Both the position numbers and the translations under genes were made by a program. From Cycas panzhihuaensis (taxonomy: Eukaryota > Plantae > Cycadophyta), in assembly GCA_023213395.1 (NCBI GenBank), contig CM041465.1, forward strand, positions 248,503,741 through 248,567,740: a DNA stretch of 64,000 nt, in the 5' to 3' direction. The notes under the pieces were generated by a model that saw only the letters and a list, made by a program, of their open reading frames with translations, searched no databases and was not told the DNA's origin. Below, piece by piece: positions 1 to 10,623 of the stretch (position 1 is its first letter; each line of letters starts with the position of its first letter).

Positions 1-580
1 GCCCCCGATCGACGTTGCATGTGTGGAGGAGAGAGGAAAGGAGCGCAACCGAGAGAGAGGATCTGCACTTCAACCTCAATCGTCGGATCCAGGTATTCCT
101 CGCGTTTCCTTTGTTTTTTTCCTTTTATATCATTCTTGCTTTTTGCACCTGCTTGATAAGTAAAAGAGAAGGAAACATAAAGGAAAAAGGAAATAGTCTT
201 TTATTTTACGTTTGCTTTTCTGTACCGTTTCTTTTACTTTGCATCACATAGAGACAGAAGACCCATTTACGTTGTATTTTCCAACCCATACCTTACTTCA
301 CACCCGTTGCACGTTGAGTTTGTTGCCCTCTCGTTGCCTTCTCATTACCTTGAGAAGCCACAATGCGTGAGGTTTCCCTCTCCTTCCCGGCCATCCGAAG
401 GGTAGGAAGGCCTCGTATTTGCACGGCTACCTGGAAGCAACCAGGCACCTTGCAGTCCCGAACCCGCGCTCCGGCGCACGGACGACCCGCGAGGTGAGAT
501 CCTCGCTGTCTAGCCCAATCAGTGTTGTGTGTGTATTCCTTTGCTAGACGTAGGATCGCATTCCCGCGGAGAGCGTTTCA
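1..580. other. CpG-rich, GC-rich island (possible gene 5' end/promoter, or captured sequence in an LTR-element leader)
   Basis: Roughly 30-35 CG dinucleotides in 580 bp, whereas CG is rare in the rest of the window. Splice-donor-like sites on + (CAG|GTATTC at 92/93, GAG|GTGAGA at 493/494). No recognisable protein. Confidence 0.5.
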
Positions 581-618
581 TAAGGTGCTATCCAGAAAAG
601 ATATATGTTGCCATAAGT

Positions 619-630
619 GCTTTGATACCA
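619..630 (-). promoter_or_regulatory. Primer binding site (tRNA-iMet type) of a minus-strand LTR element
   Basis: GCTTTGATACCA is the reverse complement of TGGTATCAAAGC and directly abuts the TG at 631 (the LTR's CA end on the minus strand). Confidence 0.8.
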
Positions 631-1088
631 TGAGAGAAAGAGGCAGCATGCACAATATCACAGGATCAAATAAATAATCATACATAAGTGAAATCTGATA
701 TTGCACATGTACATATGACATGGCAGGTGGAAAACCCCTTATGGGGAAGAAAAACCACCTCTCTAAGTTTAAAATTTATTGACTTGGAAATCTTACATAA
801 AAACTTGACAATATTACCCTCTACATATGGAAACTAGCCTTCAAAACAGGCTTATGACAGCCTCCTAGATTTCTGGAACCAATTCCTAGAATCTAGGAGA
901 GGCTATTTGAAGAAAGAGAGGTTCGTTGAAATGGCAGTTGCACATTTCAATGACCTTCACATAATAATTAACAATTAATGTAAACTTTATAAAACTAAAC
1001 CTTTACATCACTTAAATTAACATTTACACATGTGATCAAAAGATAATATTAACATAAAACTAATATTAATATAAAGCTAACATTAACA
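631..1088 (-). mobile_element. 5' LTR of a minus-strand (probably Ty1/Copia) retrotransposon inserted into a Gypsy pol gene
   Basis: TG...CA termini (631 TGAGAG; TTAACA 1088), adjacent PBS, 17-bp tandem repeats at 1044-1088, and a GGAAAACCCC-NNNN-GGGG motif shared with other Copia LTRs here. Gypsy pol sequence starts abruptly at 1089. Confidence 0.7.
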
Positions 1089-2559
1089 TTCCTAATTACC
1101 CTTTCATGGATCGAGAAGGTAAGGGAAGAGTGGGAAAGAGACGCCAAGAAAAAGAAAATGATACCAGATCTATAAGTTAATCAAGATAGTCTTAAAAGCT
1201 TTTTATGTGTAGCAAATATCTTGTGGTACAAAAATAGAAAATATCTCAGTCCTGATTCCAAGATTAAGGAGAAGGTATTGCATTATGTATATGCCTGTCT
1301 AATAGTAGGCCATTATAGGTTCCTAAAGACTTACCAACAGATTAAGTAATCCTTCTATTAGAATGGGCTCAAGCAAGATACTAAAAGATGGATTGCAACA
1401 TGTTAAATGTGCCAATGACAAAAGGGTAAAATGAGTAAGATGCCTGGTCTATTATAGCCACTCCCTATGCCAAATCAAAGATGGGAAGAAATATCCATGG
1501 ACTTCATCACAAGATTACCAAAATCATAGGCAAAGGGCGTTATCCTTGTAGGTATCGATAGATTAATAAAGTATACTTATTTTTGTGGAATCCAATCCAT
1601 CTATAAGGTAAACCAAATTGCCAATATCTTCTTAAAAGAGATACATTTACTTTATAAAATGCCTAAGAAGATTGTTAATAACAGATACCCAAAGTTCACA
1701 AGTATTTTTTAGACTAGACTCTTCCAAGCCTTAGGTACTAAGTTAATAATGAGCATAATGTACTACCCATAGACAGATGGACAAATAGAGGTGGTTAATA
1801 AATGTTTAGAAGGATATTTCTAATTCTACGTGTCAGATAAGCAAAATTAGTGGCATCATTGGCTTCCTATGGTAGAATGGTGGTATACTACTACTTATCA
1901 CATGGTAACAAACATAACTTCCTTCTAGGTATTTTATGGGTATGAACCACTATCTCTTAAGAACTATGCCATAGAAAATTTTACAGTTCGAGAAGTAGAG
2001 GAGCATCTATAACAAACCACAAAGATACTCAAGATATTGAAGGAAAACCTCAACTTGGCTCAAAGTCAAATGAAACAATAAGCAAATAAACAAAGAAGCA
2101 AATGAGAGTTTCAATTAGGAGATTGGGTTTACCTGCAATTACAACCATACAAGTAAACTTTACTTAAAAAATATAGTAAACACAAGTTGGAGCTAAGGTT
2201 TTATGGGCCATATAAGATCCTTAAATGAGTGGGGAAAGTGGCTTATGCCTTGGAGTTACCCACAACAACTAAAATCCATAATGTTTTCCATGTATCCTAT
2301 CTTAAAAGGGTAATTAGACAGTAAGTGCATGTATAAATAGAATTGCCAATACTAGATAATGAAGGGAGGCTCCAACATATACTTGAAAAAATTATCGAGG
2401 AAAGGGTTACACACTTGCACTTCTAACGCATCAAAGAGTATCTCATCAAATGGAGGCAACTACCACATGATAATTTGACTTCGAAAAATGAGCAATTTGT
2501 TCAAGAGCACCCAGGGCTAGTCAAGCTTTGAGGGCAAAGATTTTTAAAAGGGGAGAACT
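1089..2559 (+). pseudogene. Ty3/Gypsy chromovirus (Reina-like) integrase plus chromodomain, decayed
   Basis: Translates to GH..FLKTY..IK..FY, C.MCQ, PGLL.PLPMP..RWEEISMDFITRLPKS, YP.TDGQIEVVNKCLEGY, KL..RFYGPY, IHNVFHVS.LK, and a chromodomain EYLIKW. Many in-frame stops. PPT AAAAGGGGAGAA at about 2546-2557. Confidence 0.9.
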
Positions 2560-2969
2560 TGTTAAGAACCCAACCCTTATCTCTCTTCTTCTCAAGTCTT
2601 ATATTTCTCTTCTTGTAATTATCCTATATTCATAAGTCCAAGAGATGGGTGGTCTTAATAGACTTATATATATATATGTAATGTAGGAATAGGGATCATC
2701 TTTAGGGTGTTATGATCTTATGTATTGGAGGTTGCCCCCTCAAAGAGGCCCATTGATACATGTGATCATGGATGCTCTTATGCTCTTGGATTGCTCTCTT
2801 TGATTTAGGTTCATTACACCCCTTTTGGTTTTCTTTTGGTACTCTTTAGTGATCTTATGAGTTCTTCATTATAATCTATTTTACATATTGTATTAAAGTA
2901 TTGTAATATTATTCAAGTTACATATTTGAGTGTTCAAGTTTGGGGAAATATTAGAGTAAGCTTATTCCA
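2560..2969 (+). mobile_element. LTR flanked by a PPT upstream and a PBS downstream
   Basis: TGTTAAG...TTCCA. PPT immediately 5', and TGGTATTAGAGC 2 nt after the 3' end. The last ~160 bp resemble the end of LTR 8921-9304. Confidence 0.8.
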
Positions 2970-2971
2970 AG

Positions 2972-2983
2972 TGGTATTAGAGC
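2972..2983 (+). promoter_or_regulatory. Primer binding site (tRNA-iMet type)
   Basis: TGGTATTAGAGC, one C>T change from TGGTATCAGAGC. Confidence 0.8.
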
Positions 2984-3868
2984 TATATTAGGAATCCACC
3001 CAAAGAAGTAAATCAATGCGAGGAGTAAAAAAATTGGGAATTTTTCTGTTCTTTTTGTGAAATTCTATAAACCCTCTCCCATTTTCATTTTTTATTTTCT
3101 TTGCTATTCTTATTTTCTAAAAATTTTGTAATTAATTATAAGTGGGTAATAAGTTCTCTCCCTCCCATATCTCTTAGTTATAAGTAGAGACCCTATATAA
3201 GGGGTATTTAAATATTACAAAGATCTATCATTTTCAACTAAGCATACGTGGATATATGCTTGTGTATGAAGTGAAGCAGATAACACTACTTATGTAGGCC
3301 TTAGATAGAATCTAGCTACATGATAAAGACTCCATGTACCTTTAAGTATATTAGAGGACCCTTATAAGCCCCCTACCTTACTTAGAGTAGGTAAACTATT
3401 AGTCACTTATCCTCTATAGTGCATTGATTAGTTATTAGCACTAGAAAATTACTCCTTATGAACACTCCAACATAACTATCATGGCTACATAGATAAATTT
3501 CTCCATAGTTAGTGCCTTGAGAGATTGGGCCAAGTGATAATAATAAATAGGAAGTTTATCAAGCAGCCTGTAGAACTAGGTATGCATTGTTCTTAAGTCA
3601 TAAGTATTACCAAAATTAATATAAGACTACTAAGGCCATTATACTTTTATAAAGGGGTTGAATCTGTGAAACATTTACATTTCAAGTAACAATGCCAAAC
3701 CATATAATTTTGGATTATAGTAACAATAATAAATCTTATAACATGACAACACCAACTTATATTATAGAACTAACATCAAAATAATTCCAAACATCTTATC
3801 CAAACCTTTAGCAAAATTTGTGAATCCTACATCCTCTCTTTTACTCTAGTGTCTACCTCTTATATTAA

Positions 3869-3885
3869 AGAGAGAGAGAGAGAGA
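3869..3885. repeat. (AG)8 microsatellite
   Basis: AGAGAGAGAGAGAGAGA seen directly. Confidence 0.85.
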
Positions 3886-4387
3886 AAGGAGTCTATAGGG
3901 TCACTTTTATTAATATTTCTTCGATTTAGATAAAATCTATACTAGTAGACTCAAGAAAAAAAAATGAGAGGCTACGAATCTAAAATCACCCTACAAATTT
4001 ATATGTCTTATTTCAATTAGTACATCATGTTAGACATTTTTCACTATGGTAACTTTAACTGTTATTTTAAGGTATAACAATATATAGGTACCCAATGGGC
4101 CCACTACCCAAATTTCACCCTTAAATCTCACCTATGCCATTTTGATGAGCTATTTGCATTTCTCTTAGTATTTTAGGTGATATTGTTATATAGTTTTGGG
4201 GGTTAATAAACTATGGACAACCCCTCCGCCCCTACCCCCTACCCTCAATATCTTTCCCTACCCATCTACATTACTTCCCAACTTCTTAAAATCCCATTCT
4301 CTCTTCCCTTTTTGTAAATACTTCCTCTTATCTATCCATTTTTCTTACAATTCTTTCTTTTTATTCATAACATTAGATTTTGTATCT

Positions 4388-7300
4388 ATGGCACTTATAT
4401 AGGTGGGGCACATTCAAGCATTTAGGGTCTAATTCCAAGAAATATCAGATAACATTGATGCATTGAATAAGGTCCTAATAAGCTTGGATTAGCAAGTCAA
4501 AGGTTCTAATTAGAAGAAGGACTCATTTCAAAAAAAAAGGCTCATTTGAGCAAAAGTAAGATACTTTTAATCAAAAGTTGGATATAATGTTTCAGTGGAT
4601 GTAATTTAATTCTTGTATCCAACCCATAAATCCATCCACCTCTAACAACTTAGGACCCCTTCCACCACCACCATTCACTCCACGATAATAACACACCCAC
4701 CACAAGATCACCATACCAACCTTTGATTCCAATCTCAATAGGGATTTCATCTAAAGTTGGATTAGTAATATGAAGTCATATTTACCTTAAATACCATGTT
4801 CGTAGTAAGATAATTAATATTTGCCTTAATCTATTTAGGTGGGAAAGCTCATCATTGGTTCTAGTGATGAAAATAAGAGAATCCAATAAATCAAACATGA
4901 TATATATTCTCCAAGAGTTTTTTTTTAGTAGTATAATGACACATGGAATCACTCTTTCTTTAGCTAGCTTAGTAGACTAAGATAGATAACTTTAGTACAG
5001 GCATACACCGATGAGTTTCAAGTATTACAAAATTGAGTCTTATAATAACTTGATGATAAAACTCGTATTAATATTTACACTTTAGGTCTTAAGGAGCACA
5101 TTTACATGTGCTTAAAAGTTACTACCTTGTACTCTTTAAAGGATGCCATCTCTATAATAAGAGTAATTAAAGTAGACTTTACTATGAAACACTTATCCAC
5201 TTTTATAAAAGACTATTTATGGTACTAGCATCCCCATCATTTCAATTAGTAGTATTAGCATCATTGATTAGATGAAGTATAATAACTAGCACTAGTCCCC
5301 TCTCTAGGACTTATTTGTATTCCATCAACAAAAGTTGATCATCGACTAAAGGCTAGTCTTTGTATTAAGTGCTCATAAAAGTGGGCTCTTGGTCATACAA
5401 AGGTGTGTAAGGCAAGGTGCATGATTTTCAATATTGACCATAATCTTGAAGATGATTTCAAAGTCAAAGTCAAACCAAAACTTGAGGATGAGCCTGTTTA
5501 AGAATCTCCCCTACCTATTCCCTAGCTTGAAGTATTCCTATCAATGGTTTCTTCCACATCTTACCCAGAGCCACTCCATGTAAAAGGCACCCTTTGAAAG
5601 ACATCCATGTTAATATTGATCAATAATGATGTATTATTTAATTTTATTGATATATCCCTAGCTTAATAATTAATCCTTTATATTATACCAAAAGTTAGAT
5701 TTACCTACTTCTTACTTGATCATTAAACCTTACATTGTGTAAGCACCATAAAAAACCTTCATCTTCAAATTAGTACTTATCATTTAACACTCGATCTTTA
5801 TGTCTTATTTATAAGAGGATCTAGTTCCATCCCTAGCGTCTAATAGTTCCAAACACTAGGTACTTATAGCATGAATAATTCTCCTATCAATCCATTCATC
5901 TTATTTATGGATTGAATGTACTAAACACATAAATTATATGGGATCCAATCATCTCCTAATCAACTCGTATCACCTAATCAAATGCACAATTATTTAGACA
6001 ACAATGCTAACTATATCATTCATATTAGTAATATAGATATTCATCCTCTTATGTAAAGCCTCTTTAATATATATCAATCTATATTTAGCCCTCTTCCGGC
6101 CACTCCTCCCCTAGACCGTGGATTTCATCGTGCTATTAAACTCAAATCACCATATGATCCTATTAGCCTTTGAACTTATAGAAATTTATATTTTTAGAAA
6201 AAAAAAATTAAGAAAATAACAAATAGATTAATAGATATAGGCATTATTTAGCCTAATAAATGCCCTTATATTATACTAATTATCCAAGTAAGGGAAAAGG
6301 ATGGATCCTTTTGGCTTTGCATTGACTATTAGGAACTTAACAAAATCATAATAAAAAATAAATTTTCCCTACCCTGAAATGATGACATGTTGGATGAAAT
6401 AGATAGGGCAACTATTTTGTCTAAATTATATCTTCAATCTAGATATTATCAAATCCCTATTACCTTAGAGGATTGTCATAAAACTACCTTCATAACTTAT
6501 CATGAGCACTTTGAATATTAAATTATACCATTTGGTCTCTATAATATCCTTATAATATTCTAAGCTTTAGTAAATAAAATCTTTGCCCTTTATCTTTATA
6601 AATTTACCATCGTTTTTTAAAGACATTCTTATTTATAGTCAAAATTTGGATGATCATCTTTAACATCTAGAAATAGTCCTCTAAATCCTCGCCCATTAGT
6701 AGTTGTATGCTAAATTATCTAAATGAAAATTTAGTAAAATAAATTACGATATCTTAGGCATATTATTTCATCAAAAGGAGTTTGAGTTAATCAAAAATAA
6801 AATTTTTGTTATTACCACTTTGGCCTATGCCCAAAACCCTTACTCATTTGTAAGCTTCCTTAGGACTCACATGATTTTATCAATAGTTTATTCATAATTA
6901 TGCCTCATTAGGAGTCCCATTAATAAATTTACTACAAAAAGAGGCATTCTAATGGTCACAAGAGGTGGAGTAAGCCTTCAATAATCTTAAATCCATTATG
7001 ACATCCACCCTTATTCTTTCCAGCCTAGACCTCTCTCAATCCTTCTAATTAGAATACGATCCTTTAAGATTTGGCATAGGTTCCATCCTAATACAAAATT
7101 TCCATCCAATAATAGCTGAGAGTTGTAAGCTTAAAGACCATAATGCCATTTGTTAATATATCAAAAAGAAATGAGAGTTATTTTTCATGCTATTGATAAA
7201 TAACATTAGTATCTTCTCGGCTCTCACTTCACTACATTAATAGATCACCACAACCTTCATCACCTTTTAGATCAACTAATGTTATCAAAAGAGTAAGATA

Positions 7301-8920
7301 AATGGATTTACTACTTATAAATATTTAATTTTACCATTGAATATAAAAAAGGCAAGGAAAATATGGTTTTCAATGTCCTTTCTAGTGTCCCCATAGAGTC
7401 CCTCACTAATCAACCCCCTATAGAGTCCCTTTGAATCCGATATCCATGTAATTTCTAAAACTCAACCACTATGGATAGTAGACTTGGTAGTTGAAAATCT
7501 ATTCCATAGTGAGTTTGATAAATGGGCATCAAAAATTCATACCCATAAGGATTAGTCCTTATATAATCCCCAACTCTTATACTAAAATTGAATTTTTATT
7601 CATCCTACCTCATCCTTCATCCTACGAATTTTGTCTAAATACCATTATACTCCCCTTGGTGGTCATTTAGGATTTGATAAGATATATAAATAAATCTAAT
7701 TTAACTTCTACTAGTCTAATATAAAATCTTCCATCCTTTTATTTGCCTTTAAATGCAATACTTACCAAAGGAATAAAGTTAATATAAAAGCTTAACCTAA
7801 TCTCCTCTAACCTTTGCATATACCTCATGGAAAGTGGTAGGATATTACTATGGGTTTCATCATAGGGTCACCATTATCTACTAAGATTATCTCAATATTG
7901 ATAGTCATTAATAGACTGACTAAGTATGTATATTTTTACCTATTTACACTTCTTACAAAGCTTCCCACTTGGTTAATCTTTATATCCATTCAATTTTTTT
8001 GCCTCCATAGTCTCTCATTATTAATTGTCTATGATCAAGATCCAAAATTCACAAGCATATATTGGTAAGAATTCATTTGAGCCTTTGGGAGCTCATTTAA
8101 CATGAGCTCAATTTACCATCTATAAACTGATGGTTAATCTAAAGTTTTAAATAAGACATTAGAAATATATTTATACTACTTTGCATTTGAACATCAACAT
8201 AAAAGGACTTTATAGCTAGCTCTTGTAAAAGAATAGTATAAATCTTCATACCATTCAATAATGGCATATCCTCTTTTATGATCCTCTATGTATATCCACC
8301 CCCATCTCACCACACTCTTGCCACTAATCTTTATATTACTATAGCCCAACAAAAAACTCCAAGACATTAACCAAATTCTTCATACACTTAAGCAAAACCT
8401 TGCATTAGCCCAAAATTGCATGAAACAGCTCATTAATTGCCATTATTTTGATTGATCATTTGACATGGATGACTTTGTTTTCCTTTGACTTCAATTATAT
8501 AAGCAACAATCTATCAAACATCATAAAATCCAAAAGTTAAGTCCTTATTACTATAACCCATACAAGGTTCTTCAATAAATTGATGAAATCACTTATGCAC
8601 TCAAGCTCCCCTCCCACACATATATAGACAAAATTTCATAATGTATTTTATGCATTATGCCTTAAGGAAAACCTTAGAAAGAACACAACACCTTAATCTA
8701 TCTTGCTAGTTTTGGATGAAGAGCAACATCTCACTATTTTTCTTGACCAACTTGTTGCCAACCATCAACATTGCCTTAAGAATGAGATCATTTCCAAGTA
8801 CTTGGTGTAGTGGACTAACTATCAATGAGATAAAGTAATATGGTAGTTTGATGGATTTATTAAGCAACATCCTTATCTTCTTCTTAGCTTTGAGGACTTT
8901 GCATCTTAAGGGAGGGGACA
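4388..8920 (+). pseudogene. Ty3/Gypsy chromovirus (Reina-like) gag-pol (gag-PR-RT-RH-INT-chromodomain), heavily decayed
   Basis: gag (IFALIYLGGKAHHWF; LCIKCS.KWALGH..C), RT (KDGSFWLCIDY.ELNK, YYQI, HFEY.IIPFGL), integrase (GGHLGFDK.Y, MGFIIG, DQDPKFTS.YW) and C-terminal chromodomain (KYLV.W). PPT AAGGGAGGGGA before 8921. Start position is approximate. Confidence 0.88.
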
Positions 8921-9304
8921 TGTTACATGATCACTCTTTACTAGGTAAAAATGGCTAAGTTAGCACATATAATGGTTAGTATTAGCCATTAACGTTTATG
9001 TATGGGCCACTTATATTTACCAATAGAAATTGGGGTTATTTTTACTACCAATGGTATCTTGTATAAATGAGCCTCTCATGCTTATTTAAGGCTTACTTAT
9101 TACAAGGAGAAGGTTGTTGAGTCTTGTTATTTCTGGAGAGGTTGAACTTCAATACCTCTTTTGATTTTCTTTAGGTGCTTTTCAATAATTTTATGAGCTC
9201 TTCATTGTAATCCATTTTTTATATTATAATAAAGTGTTATAATATTATTTAAGTCACTTGTTCATTACTTAAGTTTAGAGAAATATTAGAATAAGATCAT
9301 TCCA
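8921..9304 (+). mobile_element. 3' LTR of the Reina-like element
   Basis: TGTTACA...TTCCA immediately after the PPT. Confidence 0.8.
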
Positions 9305-9869
9305 TTCACTTAAATACACCATCACTTAAATGCTTATGATTTTGTGGTATAAGTTATATATTTGTGAACCTATTATAATAGTTAGAATATATTGCATTTC
9401 ATTTGTATTTTAATCATGTACATTATAAAATATCCTATAAATAGCATAAACAAGGGAATCACCCTTGTGAACTAAAGGATTAATAAGATCCCTTAGCTAT
9501 GTTAGCAAAATAATACCTCAATTACTTTATAGGCTAGCCATAAGTCTTATTAGGTACAGTCCAAGGGAATAACAATAAGGTTACTTGATCTCACATTAAA
9601 TGAGTAATTTTTTAAAGGGGGATTACATAGTCTATAAATTTTATATTTGTGAGTGCCATTATCTCTAGATTTTTCATAAGAGTAATCTAAACTTTAGTGC
9701 CTAAATTCCAAATAAAATAAACACATTCAAACTCTTTTTTTCTTCTTTGATTGGTTAGGTATTAGTTTAGTCAAACATGACAACCTATTCCCTTTACCTT
9801 GGTTCTATCTTAAGAATTATTACAATGCCTTTTATAGCAGTAATTATGTAAGTTATGTGTCATTAGCTC

Positions 9870-10334
9870 AAAGATAATACATCATCTTTCTTCCATGATA
9901 GCCCTTATTATCCTACTAATACTTGATTTCTCTTGTACTTATGCCATTTCTTTCTTTCTAAATTGTAAATTTAACTGTGTTATATCTTCTCTTGATACTT
10001 TTACTTTTAAAGTTTCTTCTTTTGTAATTACTTTTCAAGCCTTCTCTACATGCAATTCATTTATTTCTTCATGTATTATTTTTAGTATATTATCTTAGGT
10101 ACCCAACTCCTTTAAGTCCATTTCCCTTTGAAACTCCATTACTAATTTTGTGACTTCAACAAATGACTTATTAGGGTGCTAGTTCATGGATCTTCTCAAG
10201 TTGGGTTGTAGTCCATTTATAAAATAACACTACATCAAATAATCTGGGGTTTTTTTGCTATCCCTCATAGTTATGGCTATAATGGCCATATGACTTATGA
10301 AACATAGGATGGATTCTCCTATTCATTGCCTAAC
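9870..10334 (-). pseudogene. Gypsy gag fragment (distal half), host of the 10335-21705 insertion
   Basis: Minus strand reads RQ.IGESILCFIS...YFINGLQPNLRR, continuing the gag frame from 21706-21950 across the insertion. Confidence 0.6.
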
Positions 10335-10623
10335 TACTATGATCTATAGGTATTTTGTCGTGATTCTCATGATAAGCTAATCAAGATGAATTAGGAAAAT
10401 GATAATTAATTATTATAATAGTTAAAAAATATAAATAATGAAAGGATTCAAATAAGAGTAGCCCTCTTCAAGTCAATGATTTCTCTAATAGAATTAATAC
10501 TTATAATGTCCATAAGTAATACTCGTGCATTGAATATTTATGCATGTTTTACTCTTCACTAATGCTCCTTTATATACTTAAAAGTGGACCTAAATCTACT
10601 AAAGGATACATTGGTATGTAACA
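10335..10623 (-). repeat. 3' LTR of the minus-strand Reina-like element
   Basis: Alignable along its length with 21428-21705. Ends TAACA next to the pyrimidine tract (reverse PPT). Confidence 0.8.

Noticed and set aside
15-251. 78-aa ORF with hydrophobic stretches
   Set aside because: Non-ATG start; the hydrophobicity comes from T-rich, intron-like sequence; no recognisable domain.
363-497. 44-codon ATG ORF (MREVSLSFPAIRR...) in the CpG island
   Set aside because: Too short and unrecognisable. It could be an exon but cannot be supported from sequence alone.
2984-4387. TATA-like CTATATAAG (~3193) and possible solo LTR in the leader
   Set aside because: No defensible TG...CA boundaries or TSD found.
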